A stretch of DNA of 64,000 nucleotides from the human T2T-CHM13v2.0 reference genome, Homo sapiens. The DNA lies in assembly GCF_009914755.1 (NCBI RefSeq), contig NC_060944.1; one strand, written 5' to 3'. Below, in pieces: positions 14,963 through 27,411 of this stretch. The position numbers were made by a program, and so were the translations under genes. Each line of letters opens with the position of its first letter. The first letter of the stretch is position 1. The notes beneath the pieces were generated by a model, which ran no database searches, was not told the DNA's origin, and worked only from the letters and a program-made list of their open reading frames with translations.

Positions 14963-15938
14963 TTAAATTTTCTTTCTAGAAGTTTGAAAATATTTATCTT
15001 CCTTGATACTTACTACTCTTTCTGCTTTCTCTCTCTCATATTGAAAGAGACTTTCTTTTAAATGATCACATTCATTCATTAGCTTCTTATTTTTCTCTTC
15101 TAGCATGAGGTCTGTCTTTCCACTCTCAATAAAGCCTCTTTGGATATTAGTTACTATCTCTTTATGATCCTTTTTCTGATGAACATCATCTAGTTGCTGT
15201 TCAATGCATGGATTTTTATATTGGAGTTGACATATCCTGTCTTCTACAGAGCCCCACTTTCCAGTGGAATTACTCACTTTAGCTTCTGCATTTTGATACA
15301 TCTCTTTCATTTCCTTTATTTGCTGCTGTGTTTGGCTTAGGTCGTTTTGGACAGTTTCTAAAGCCAATGACTTTTTTCTGAGAGTATCTCTTGTCTTACG
15401 GAACTTATCTTTTAAGGTATTGAATTTAATTTGTGTTTTAGAAAGTTGTTCAGTAAGAAACTCATTCTTATCTTCTACTTTGGGAATATCAGAACTCATT
15501 TTTACTTGTACGGAAACATCTCGTGTTCACTCTAAAGCAAGTTTTAGGTTTCTTTCTGTTTTCACACTTTCACTATGTTTACTTATAGCAGCAGCCAGTC
15601 TAGACTGATAAGATTCAATTTCAGCTTCCAGTCTTTTGTTGCTTTCTTCTTCCTTCAACAGTTTGGAATTGAGCCTTGTATTCTCAGCTTTGAGATCATT
15701 AAGCTCTTGTTGATACCGGAATGCTGTTTTTGTTATCAATTCCTCATTGAGTTTTATATAGTTTTCAAGGGCAGCATTTGTTTTTTTTAACAATTTTAAC
15801 GTCCTTAAGATATTTATTTTCTTTTTCCAGGTTGTCATTTTTCATTGTGCATATTTCCTGTCTGAGTATAGCAATATCTGCCTTCAAAATGCAATTTTCA
15901 TCCATCAGATCTTTTATTTCTTCGTGATTATGAAAATC
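14963..15938 (-). pseudogene. ANKRD20A: ANKRD20A-like exon 15 (terminal coiled-coil exon; frameshift and nonsense codon)
   Basis: tttag|GAT; DFHNHEEIKDLMDENCILKADIAILRQEICTMKNDNLEKENKYLKDVKIV, +1 in A8 run (15781-15788), TNAALENYIK...NLKLALE* (15527), then MSSDIPKVEDKNEFLTEQ...SRKKI*. Confidence 0.92.
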
Positions 15939-17116
15939 CTAAATAAAACAAAAGAAACTTTTAGCTAGTACTCAATAAAATAACATATCATGATTACCTC
16001 TGAAGTTAAAGAATAACCTGCGCATCCATACACTAAAAAGTTTACTGTAAGTGGATGTCCAACTAGAGAAAAAGTTGAAGCAAAACTTTGAACCCTATAG
16101 AGCATAAATTCCAAAAAGTTTAGAAATTTATTTAAAAGTCAATGAATTTATAAAAGTAAACACGTATACACACATGCACACCAGAGAACTTTTAAGAATT
16201 TCAGAATTGGAAAAGCCTTTCCCGGAATTACAACAAACTCAAAAGCATAAATTAAAGCATTAACAAATTTGACTAAATTAAAATATATCAAAAAATTGCA
16301 TTTACCCTTTGATATCTAACTCATACACCATCCTATAGTAAGAACCTTAGTTCACACGTATTTGGACAGATAAAATTTCCCAGAGTTATTACAGTTCTGT
16401 TTCACTGATAACATTCTATTTCAATTTGACTCTTTTAACACTTTTATACTCAGTTGTAAGAATTACATTTACTAAATCATAAATCTAGACATTATACTAG
16501 TCACTCCTATATACATTCATTGATGAACTCATCTAGTTACCACAATTTTGAAAAGAAATGTTGAAAATATAAGCAAGCTACAGAATTTTCCCCAGGACTT
16601 CTGACTCTACTTCTAGTTCTCTGACAGATCACAGTTACTTCTGTGGTGTAAATATATCAATACGAAAGAAAACTTTTATTTCAAAACACCAGTGGTAAAT
16701 AAGATAAAATTTATAGAGCTCTTCTTAGAATATCATGAGATTATTTGTGATTGCAATAATTTGTTTCCTCTTTATAATATTAGGTACAGTAATCAATATG
16801 AAATAGGGAGAAGTACAAGGAACAATTTTACTGGGAACAAAATCTTTATCAATAGGTTATCACTAAGTATATATTATGGCATAATATTGTTTTCAAAAGC
16901 TCTTTGTAATAAAATAATAACCTACATGGATGCCAAGATTTATAATAAATATTAATAATTGTACCTGTAACTGTCATCATTCATTTTTTTAAAAATGAGA
17001 TAACATTTCTGGTTTGTTTTAGACCTAAATATTACATATTAAATCAAGAGGATATTATAAGTAACATTGATAAAATAAAGTTTAAAATATAGAATTTTTA
17101 CCAAAGATTGATTTAT

Positions 17117-17295
17117 CTGATTTGGAGTATTTCTTGCAGTCTTCGGTTTCATCTCTAGTGATTGAACAGCTGGTTCAAGTTGTTTTGCTTCAACTTCTTT
17201 CTTATATTGTTTCTCTTTCCTTTCTAATTCTTCTCTATTTTTTGTACAGCATATTAACATTTGTCTTTTCTTCATTTTCTTGTCTTAAGATGCAG
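17117..17295 (-). pseudogene. ANKRD20A: ANKRD20A-like exon 14 (179 nt; 2-nt deletion, donor mutated to AT)
   Basis: tgtag|CTG; CILRQENEEKTNVNMLYKK* then shifted NREELERKEKQYKKEVEAKQLEPAVQSLEMKPKTARNTPNQ; ends CAG|ataaat. Confidence 0.88.
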
Positions 17296-17959
17296 CTACA
17301 GATAAAGACATTTATCTGAAAATTCATTTTGTTAAAAAATAAAGAGATCATCCTGTGATCTACCTCTGCAGATGCTCTTTATCATCCTAATAAAATTTCT
17401 ATATTCTGGATTATTTTTCCTTTGTAGTTCTCAGATATTTAATTTCTCACTTCAACATCTTCAAAAGAATGCATATACTTGAAAAGTAGTAAGGAAAGAA
17501 TATTCTGCTAAAGTTTTTGTTACTAGTCACTCTAGTATGTATTATAAAAAAGGATACTGGAAATAATTCAGTATAGTTAGAAGTTCAAAATTACCTTTTC
17601 AAATCACACAGTCATAATTACTCCCTGATTAGAAAAGGTCATTTACAATCAACTAAATTTTTAAAGTTACTATTTATTGACAAGCATATAAGTTCACTAG
17701 AAATAAATTTTTATCTCTATGAAATATTGCGGGTGTCTCTCCAAATGATTTACAGAGTAAGATGTCTCTCACACAAACTATATTTGCAGATGATTGTCAT
17801 CTAAAACTAGGTTAAAGAGTCTAACATCTGTTTCCCCACACTTTTTATAATTCTTTCTTAATACTTCCAATTCACCTTCTTATTACATATATTTTATATA
17901 TTTATTAAGCTATTGTTCATTATGTGTAATATATAATTAATGCCCTTAATGTGTGTATG

Positions 17960-18210
17960 TTTACACAAGTTATGTTTTCCTGTGAAATCTAGTCCCAGAA
18001 GTGGAGTTGTTGAGTTAAAGGGATGTCAGGTTATTTGAAATTTTGATACACAGCACTAAGTTACCCTTCAGAAATAATTTACCAATTTCATATATGAACA
18101 GTGTATGAGAATGCCTTTTTCCTCACATTTTCAATGGTAGTAATTACTTTTTCAATATCAGCATGACTTTACTAAATATATCTTATTTTATATTAATTTG
18201 CATTTTTCTG
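17960..18210 (-). mobile_element. Old L1M fragment
   Basis: cccagaagtggagttgttgagttaaaggg...cagtgtatgagaatgcc...taatttgcatttttctgattac. Confidence 0.6.
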
Positions 18211-18337
18211 ATTACCAGGCAGGGCTAAATATCCCTGGTAAAACTGTAAAACTTGTTAATCATAAGGAACATTAGTCCAATTTTGAATTAGTTTATAGCA
18301 CAATGACAATTATCTGCTGAGAAATACTGCTATCGGT

Positions 18338-18644
<307 letters not shown>

Positions 18645-18668
18645 ACACACTGCTATAGGCTTACTCAC

Positions 18669-18832
18669 CTATCGTGCTCTTCCTTCAGTTTCTTGGGAAA
18701 TTGCTGAGGATACGTTTTCCCAATCTTTCTTTGTTTGGTTAATCTGTCAGCAACAGCAGAAGATGTACTATGATGTACATTTTCTGATACTTGTATTTTT
18801 TCACTTTTGTTTGTATTATTTCCTTCTTTGAC
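18669..18832 (-). pseudogene. ANKRD20A: ANKRD20A-like exon 13 (164 nt)
   Basis: tagag|GTC...TAG|gtgagt; VKEGNNTNKSEKIQVSENVHHSTSSAVADRLTKQRKIGKTYPQQFPKKLKEEHD. Confidence 0.9.
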
Positions 18833-20579
18833 CTCTAATAAAAGTAATATGAATAATAATTGTTATTATTTCATTCAATAAAAAACTTTTTCCCTGATTT
18901 TTTCACTTGATTCAGGTTAACTATCACCATTTTAATGATAAAAGTATTTTGTGCTTACTTTAATTTTATCATTATACATAATTATTATAATTATAATATA
19001 CTCATCATTTTATCATTGAAATTTTTGTCAAGTCTTCTCATTTCTGTTTGTGTGAATGGAAGAATTTTCCAAAATTTCAAAAAGGGCTCTTCTCCATTTT
19101 GTGTTTTTATTCCCATCCACTCTTTGCTATCTGATATAAGTGTTTATGCTATCTGACTGGCAGAAACAGAGAAATAAAAAAACACAGGCATAACATATAT
19201 CTTCTGTCATTGCCACCTGGATTTTACATGAAATAGCCAGATTAAGAGGATGTGATCTTGTAGGGCTTCAGGAACAGTAAAGAAGTTTTCCCTTTTCTGC
19301 ACTGAGCTATTCTTTTCCCCACTGCCTTTTATCTCTCTTTTTTTTTTTGAATCCTGTGATATCAAAAAAGTGAAACTTCTCCCTGAACTATGGGAACCAA
19401 AGTTTGCCACAACAGAAGAAGCAGAGTGAAACTGCTGAGTTTCTAGTGCAGAATTCTGGAAAACGAGATGCTTCCCAGATTTCACATTCAATTACCACAA
19501 ACGTTTATAGGTGGAAAACATACGGCACAGTTATCTACTTTAGTCCCATTATCTATTGAAAATGGGAGTCAAACCAACCAAGACATATGAAACGTTTCAT
19601 CCAGAGCTCTTGAGGTGGCATTCTCTAGCATTTCATGGCACCAAATAACATGATACAATTCCATATTGCTGAATGACATAAATTACCAGATAAATTTATC
19701 AAATTAGTCAGATATATTAAAAGTCTAACTTGAGCAAAGCAATTTAACGCCTCAGAGGGTGGAAAAAGGCCTCATCTGCTTTTATTTTGAAAGAAGAAAA
19801 TCTCTAGATTTTTGTCTATCTTTAGAACACAATGTACAGAACTCAACTTTCTACTAAAGAGTCAAAGGCTAAATTTTTAGCTAAGAAATTATGCTTCTTA
19901 CATGATAAAAATCATACATGCCAAAACTTACCATACTTTATTAAACAACATAATGCAAGGTCTGATTCAACAGAAATATTGGAGTGGTGATTTTTTTAAA
20001 TATGTGGAAATATATATTTGTTTTCAAAGTATTGGAAATAACCATGATGGAACTATAAATTCAAATAGTTTGAGCTAAGCAGATATACTTACATGCATGA
20101 AAACTCATTAAACAGACTCATTTGGCTGGGAATATTCATTGCAACCCTCAAGGCTAGACGTGTTTTTGTGGCTCATCTCAGTCATTGCTTCCCTCCCATT
20201 GTATCTCCATTTTATCATTAAATAAATGTAATTCATCTCTAAATGAATACAGAAAAAAGAATCTAGAATCTAAAGCTTATTTCTTTAGCAATTTCTTTAT
20301 GTTGATCTGGTTCAGAATATCACAAGGTGTATGGCTGAATTAGTTTCCCAGCTCATATGCCACTTGGAAGACTGAGAGTGAGACTTAGGTTGATTAATGA
20401 ACAAACATTATGAGAACATTCTCCAGAACCATTGTTTAGATAACAGGACTAATCTACTTAGACACATAATTACACATTTAGAAAATCCCACTGTAACTGT
20501 ACACATGAGATTTTCTTGAATGGAAAATTTGACTAAATCAAATAATTGATAAAGAGAAAAAAGAAGCAGCAAGTGAACC

Positions 20580-21624
20580 TCTGTCTTTTTGAAGTTGGAT
20601 TTTCTTTTTCTCCAAATCCAGGAACTCTACTTGTAACATGCCTACCTAATTCTTTTTTAGTATTATTATACTTTAAGTTCTGGTACATGTGCACAATGTG
20701 CAGGTTTGTTACATATGTATACATGAGCTATGTTGTTGACCTTGGAATATCTTGCTGTAAGTCTTCTAGCTATATTTTTGATGTTCTCTTACTATGTGGC
20801 AAAGAATAAGCCACATTTTATAATTCAAGATTCATGCTTTTGTAGTTATTAGCACTGGGACTGTCATATAGTGGCTTCTGGAATAAGCACTGTATTGGTT
20901 TTCTGATTTTACAAGTATCTATAGCAGCAGAAATCCTGTGGCTTTGTATCTGAATCATATGCTTCATTTCTTTGGGGTGGGTAAACCACAAATCAAAAAG
21001 ACTTTCTGGATCTCTAGACTGAGGCCAATGCCTAATGTCTAATTTCCAATTAGTGATATTTGGGTTTATATTTTTTGCCATTTGCATGTCAAACTCTTAA
21101 TCATCTTTCATTCCAATCATAATTACTGGGTTCCTTACTTTTCCAGTTTCTGTATCATAACAAAAATTTTCATTATCTGTGTTAGAAACAAGCTATGTGT
21201 CTGGTTTGTTACCATTTTTATAGTCTGATTTATTTTAATTTAAATGAAGCTTAGAAGATAACTGGTAAGTGTATTTCAGGGACCTGCAGTGAGAATGGAA
21301 TAAAAAGACATTTGACATGGGCTTCCTCTGTTCAGGCGCTGCCTGGACTGTCACAGAGTTAGATCCTCCAGATGCATTTTTCTCCTCACAATCAGGGACA
21401 TGATTCATCAGTTTAGAGGGCACTCCTTTTTTGTTCATCCCTCTTTGGAGTTACTATGTAGGAGCTCTTCCTCAGGGCAAGCAGTAATTTTGGAGTTTTC
21501 AAAACTTTTACCAATATTCAGCTTGAATTTTTTTGTAATGAATTTTAAAGAAAGTCGTGAATATATAGATAGATTCCCTTTATCACAATTCTTACCCAGT
21601 TCTGGTTCTTGCGATTTTTTTTTT
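20580..21624 (-). pseudogene. Dead intronic fossil of a large CCDC144/ANKRD26-type coding exon
   Basis: Broken ORFs KSQEPELGKNCDK...KITACPEEELL...VPDCEEKNAS...SSKLHLN...MAKNINPN...SANNYKS...EDLQQDIPR...EFLDLEKKKIQLQKD resemble the recalled large CCDC144A exon; stops, frameshifts and an L1 insert. Confidence 0.75.
20655..20738 (-). mobile_element. Very short L1PA 3'-terminal fragment inside the fossil exon
   Basis: tattattatactttaagttct...acatgtgcacaatgtgcaggtttgttacatatgtatacatg. Confidence 0.85.
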
Positions 21625-22890
21625 GGGGGGGGGGGACAGGTGCAAAATGGAAAACAAATTTGCTTGTTTTGTTTCTCAGATGTCTTTTCTGTCAGAGTGC
21701 ATGTTTTAAAATTAGCTTTAATCAAGTATAAACAAATAAATATTAGAAAATAATTAAATTTTAACTGTGAAACTTAATCTGTGTGTTGCTACTCTTAAAT
21801 TATGGGATTGTAACTAAAAATTGAAAAATAATTTGCCTTGGCTTAACATAGGACAGAAACATGAACCAGCAAGCTGAACTATCAGCGTCTGTTTGTACTA
21901 AACTTAATGCAATATGTGTAAAATCTACCAGAAATGAATTCAAAGATGATAGGTAGTATTATAAAAGCTTCCTCTCTTACAAAGACTTTACCTCAGCATA
22001 CCAGAAAGAGTGAGCCCCTACAATGCATGTTTGTTTCTGAAGATTAACTAGAGCACTAGGCAAACACTAAATTATTAAGAGCCAAACTGAACACCAATAA
22101 GAAAGAGAAGCAAAATTTTAAATTCTAATTCAAATGATATACTATGATAGTGTTATGTATCTAGATAGAATTTCTGCTTATATCCACTTCTAATATATTT
22201 TATGTTCCAGTAGTGACAAGGTTTGGATTTTTTAAATTTTAGTAATATTTACTATGTATTTATGTTGAAATAAAGTTATTGTTTGCACCCTGACACCAAA
22301 GGTCCCATTCTGCAAGGTAGGATTCTCTTAATAGGCAACTGGGTTGACTTTTATGACCCCATTCACTCCCTGAACACAGACACAGAAGTCAACTGGTGAC
22401 CACGAAAGAGAATAAATCTTTAAACTCGGCACTGGTGACCAGCAATATAAAACTGCAACATTTGAACCACTGGCAACGATGACTCCTTTAACACTACTTT
22501 AACTCAGTGGACATTGTTGTTAAACTGTTCATAATTTCTATTCCTTAATAATATGACCCAATATTTCATGTTACCTTCTGTATTATGAGTAAGGTTATAC
22601 AAATAAAAGAGCAAGATAATTCTGAAAATTTCTTGCCTCAATTCCAAGGGTAAAGACAGCTATGAGTTATTAGAGTTAGTAAGAATTACTAGAATAACTA
22701 GTAGTTACTAGAGATAGTAAGAATATTTTAAGTTTCATAACTGGTTAAAATGTTTTAAAAATTAAATATAAAATTATGATCTATTGGATTGTAAAGGTAT
22801 AGTCTAAAAGGTCATATCATTTGGACTATGCTTTGTTACTAAAGCAAAAAAAAAACTAATATTAAACAAGAAACTTAAATTTTCATATAC

Positions 22891-22961
22891 CTGTGGTTGC
22901 TTCTTTTCACTTCTTTCACACCTTCCTTTCTCTTCCTCTGAAGCCACTGGTAAGGCTTGTT
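22891..22961 (-). pseudogene. ANKRD20A: ANKRD20A-like exon 12 (71 nt)
   Basis: aacag|AAC...CAG|gtatat; EQALPVASEEEKGRCERSEKKQPQ. Confidence 0.9.
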
Positions 22962-23473
22962 CTGTTGACAAATTCACTGGTTTAGTTCAAATGAACTAAG
23001 AAGAGTTAGATAAAGACTATAATCTTTATAAAAATAAATAAAGAATAACATTTCTTTATATTTTGAGAGTTTAAATGAAGCTTAATGTTTACTGAAATAT
23101 TTACTTCTGTAAGAAATACTTCTAATTATCCAAAACTTCAACAAATCACTTGGGGAGACACTAGATATCACCAGATTCAAGCCATACAAAATCTCAGGGT
23201 CACTCACAAATTGTTCCACCCAACGTAAGTGAACAAAACTGTTGGAAACAAAACAGAATTTTGAAATACAGTCAAAATACACAATGTAACACTTTACTAT
23301 ACCTCATAACAGTATCTTTTTAACAAGATACTAATTGAGTTGGCAGTTACTAATAATTTGCAAAATTATCATTGTTTATATCTCAATTAGTGTGCACCCC
23401 ATTTTTTACATCACAAATGTTTTCCCCTGCTATTCTGAAAAATTTATTTTCATCTTTTAAGACTCAGAAAGTA

Positions 23474-23765
23474 GGCTTGGCATAATAGCTCACATCTGTA
23501 ATCCCAGCACTTTGGAAGGCCAAAATGGGAGAATTGCTCAAGGACAAGAGTTTAAGACCAGCCTGGGAACCATAGGTAACCTTGACTCTACAAAAAATTA
23601 GACAGGTATGGTGATATGTGCCTGTTGTCCCTGCTACTCAAGAAGTTTAGGTGAGAAGATCCCTTGAGCCCAGGAGTTTGAGGTTGCAGTGAGTCTCAAT
23701 CATGCCATTGCACTCCCTCCAGGGTAATAGAGTAAGAACTTGTCTCCAACAACAGAAAAATAAAA
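23474..23765 (+). mobile_element. Alu (J-type)
   Basis: ctgtaatcccagcactttgg...cttgagcccaggagtttgagg. Confidence 0.85.
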
Positions 23766-24309
23766 GGCTCAGAATGCTATGTGAAGTATTCCTTGATTTT
23801 AACTATCTTTCTCCAAACAAACAGGTGTCTGCTTTGTTGGGGTCCCTTAGCACTTTGTCAATTTTTCTAGTGTCACTTTACCACCTGAACTGCACATCAT
23901 GTCTTTACATGTTGATCCCCTTTGCTGCCAGACTGTAGAGGACAATCTTTTGAATCATGTTTGTATAAATAGTCTTAATTTTGCTAAATAATTAGTTATT
24001 GAGCTCCTGCTAGGTGTTAGGCACTGGGGAATAAGGAAGGAAAATAAAAGCTGTCAGGGATGGCTTTCCTAAAGATCATGCATGAGCTGAGACTTAGAGA
24101 TGAGGTTAGCCAGATTAAGTGAGGCAGAGGGCAGGAAAGAGTGAGCACATGCCAGGAAGCAAAGAGAGAGAGAGAAGCCTCCAAGAGAGTACGTATTTCT
24201 CTGCAGAAGAGGAATGGTAAGGGGGCCATTACAAGCAGCTCAGTAATTCTAGAGAAAAAGGCAGATGGGGAAAGGGCTACAGATGGAGATTTGGGCAGAA
24301 ATCACTTTC

Positions 24310-24606
24310 CTTTCTTTTCTTTTTTGGGACAAAGTCTTACTCTGTCTCCCAGAGTGGAGAGCAGTAGCATGATCTCGGCTCACTGCAACCCGGCCTCCCA
24401 GGTTCAAGTAATTCTCCTGCCTCAGCATCCTGAGTAGCTGAGATTACAGGCACGTGCCACTACCGCCTGCTAACTTTTGTATTTTATTAGAGATGGGGTT
24501 TCATCTTGTTGGCCAGGCTGGTCTTGAACTCCTGACCTCAAATGATTCACCTGCCTCAGCCTCCCAAAGTGCTGGGATCACAGACATGAGCCACCGTGCC
24601 CAACCC
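24310..24606 (-). mobile_element. Alu (S-type)
   Basis: Antisense Alu consensus. Confidence 0.9.
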
Positions 24607-25009
24607 AGAAGTCAGTTTCTGAAATCCTTATATAAACCTTTAAGATGCTTGGACATTAGGTATTCAGGAGTGGTTCACGGATCTATTTGCATTAGGGATA
24701 ATTCACTCTAAATACTGTGAGGAGCATAAAATTCTGAGGCATATAAAGAAATGAACAAAGATAAAATATAAGGCAATGTTGCAAAGATGATGCAGGCCTG
24801 AGGAGATGTTTTCAGAAATATTTAGGATATAGGTATCAGTGGCCATTATAAGAATGAATTTCTATTGAAAGAATAAATGTATATATCTGGGTCCCTGGAG
24901 AAATACACTCTGCTCATTACTTTACAAATTTTATCAAATGAGAAGTAAAATAATATACATAAACTCTTTCAGTTACTTGTATTTACTTTACACTTTTTCT
25001 GTTTCAGTT

Positions 25010-25340
<331 letters not shown>

Positions 25341-27106
25341 AACATATGGGGATTTGTTTTAAAAGTTCTGTTTCCTGGATCTACCAAGCTCATGAGAAAA
25401 TAGAGCAAACAAGTCATTTGCATAGGTAAGAAACTTTGGATTTATAGCTTGTCATCACTACTCTAGAAGATTATCATTATGTTTTGCAAAACAAAATGTT
25501 AATTACAGACATAAGGGGAAAAAAATTAAAACTATAGGGGTGGGTGAAAAAATATTGCATAATTTATTACTGTTGACCTCATCATATGACTGATTAAGGG
25601 CACTGAATTTAACTTGTATGTGAAGTAGACCCCATATTAGCTGCAGTTAATCAGTAGACCAGGTGTTCTAGCAGAATTAAATTTGATGCTCCTGTGTTAT
25701 CTTTAAATGACACAGCTTTTCTGAAAACCCATACTCGTAGTGCATGATTATCCATTAAGAAAAGGTGATGAAATATGTGAATACAGCTGAGGAGACACCA
25801 CAAAGCAAATGCTCAATGGTTCCCATTAATATTGGGAAAATCCACACTATAAAACAGAGAGCCATAGACATTATTTAATATTTGGTTTTGGAAGGTATTT
25901 TTAGTGACTCTGCATACAGTTGTACCCAATAATTGCTAAATTAGAGACGTAAAAATAAAACAAAGGCACATTGTGTTTGAGTAGGAAATCTGTAGATATC
26001 TAGGTGGTTTTCCCATCCAGCCACAAAATTCTAAATATAATCATGGTACCTGCACTCAAATTTATGTTAAATACCAACCTCAATGAAATCACTCTTTCTT
26101 CTCATTCTCTTTGTTATTTATATGTTGTTTTCCTTAAGGGAAGAATAGAAATGCCTTGCTAAGAACCATTCTGTTTGGTTGTAGGCTGCATAAAGGGAGT
26201 AAACACAAAGTACATTTGACCAAAAAATGACTATTAAATGTCAGAACTATGGTAGCATGAAGCCAAACGAGGTAATCTAGAATAAAATTTTCTATGCTTC
26301 TTTCCCTTCTTTGCTCTCTTTCTACTCTAATAACTGCGATTCACACAGGTAATGAAGAGTGTAATTCCCTGATAGAAACACAGCTCCAAGATTAATCCTT
26401 TCTTTAACTATGAAGTTCACGTGTCCAAAATCTGTGGTAGTTGCTGTCTGATTTTTGATCACTGATGGTGATACAGATATTTATCATCAACTCACAACTT
26501 CCCAAATCTTTGAAAAGTCTTACTATTGATGATTCAACTAGTAGAAACATGATGTAAAATATCTGAAAATAAAGTTTTTATTTATTAGAATGTAAATAAT
26601 AATACAAATTGTAATAAGGTGTAAAAGTTCTTTCTTCACTGAAGCAGTACCATGTTGTCCTGTACCCCACAAATGCACTACTCCCCCATGGTCTAATGTA
26701 TTTTAAAAGTCCTGTAATTGCTATTAACTCAGACAAGTTTACTTAACTTGTTCTAAGCTTCTCGTATTTACTACAGTTTACTTTCAATCACTCAACCATC
26801 TCTGTTATATATGTTGTTTTCCATGAGAAATTTGTTTATTAGTAATTAAGATTCTTCAGGGATAAGAAAATATTTGAATAACTAAGTTTGTGCATAAACA
26901 CATTAAGGTCAAATACCCATGATATTATTGTGTGTTTCTGTGTACTAGAGACAAAAACTTCAAAAAATATTTTAATGAATATACGTTAAATTAAAAACTG
27001 CTTTCATTAAACTGAGATAATCTTCCCTCAATGCATGAATACCTTCAGAATTCACATAGACCAAAGAATTGTATAAAATATAATAGCCTTAAAAATCTTA
27101 TTTGTA

Positions 27107-27411
27107 GATGGCACAGTGGCTCCCACCTGTAATCCCAGCACATTGGCAAGCCGAGGTGGGCAGATCACCTGAGGTCAGGAGTTCGAGAGAAGCCTGGCCA
27201 ACATGGTGAAACCCCATCTCTACTAAAAATAGAAAAATTAGCAGGGTATGGTAGCACGTGCATATAGTATCAGCTACTCGAGGGGCTGAGGCAGGAGAAT
27301 TGCTTGAACCCGAGAGGCAGAGGTGGTAATGAGCCAAGACTGAGCCACTGCACTTCAGCCTTCGTGACAGAGCAAGACTCTGTCTCAAAAACACAAACAA
27401 ACAAACAAAAA
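27107..27411 (+). mobile_element. Alu (S-type)
   Basis: gatcacctgaggtcaggagttcgag; (AAAC)n tail. Confidence 0.9.
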
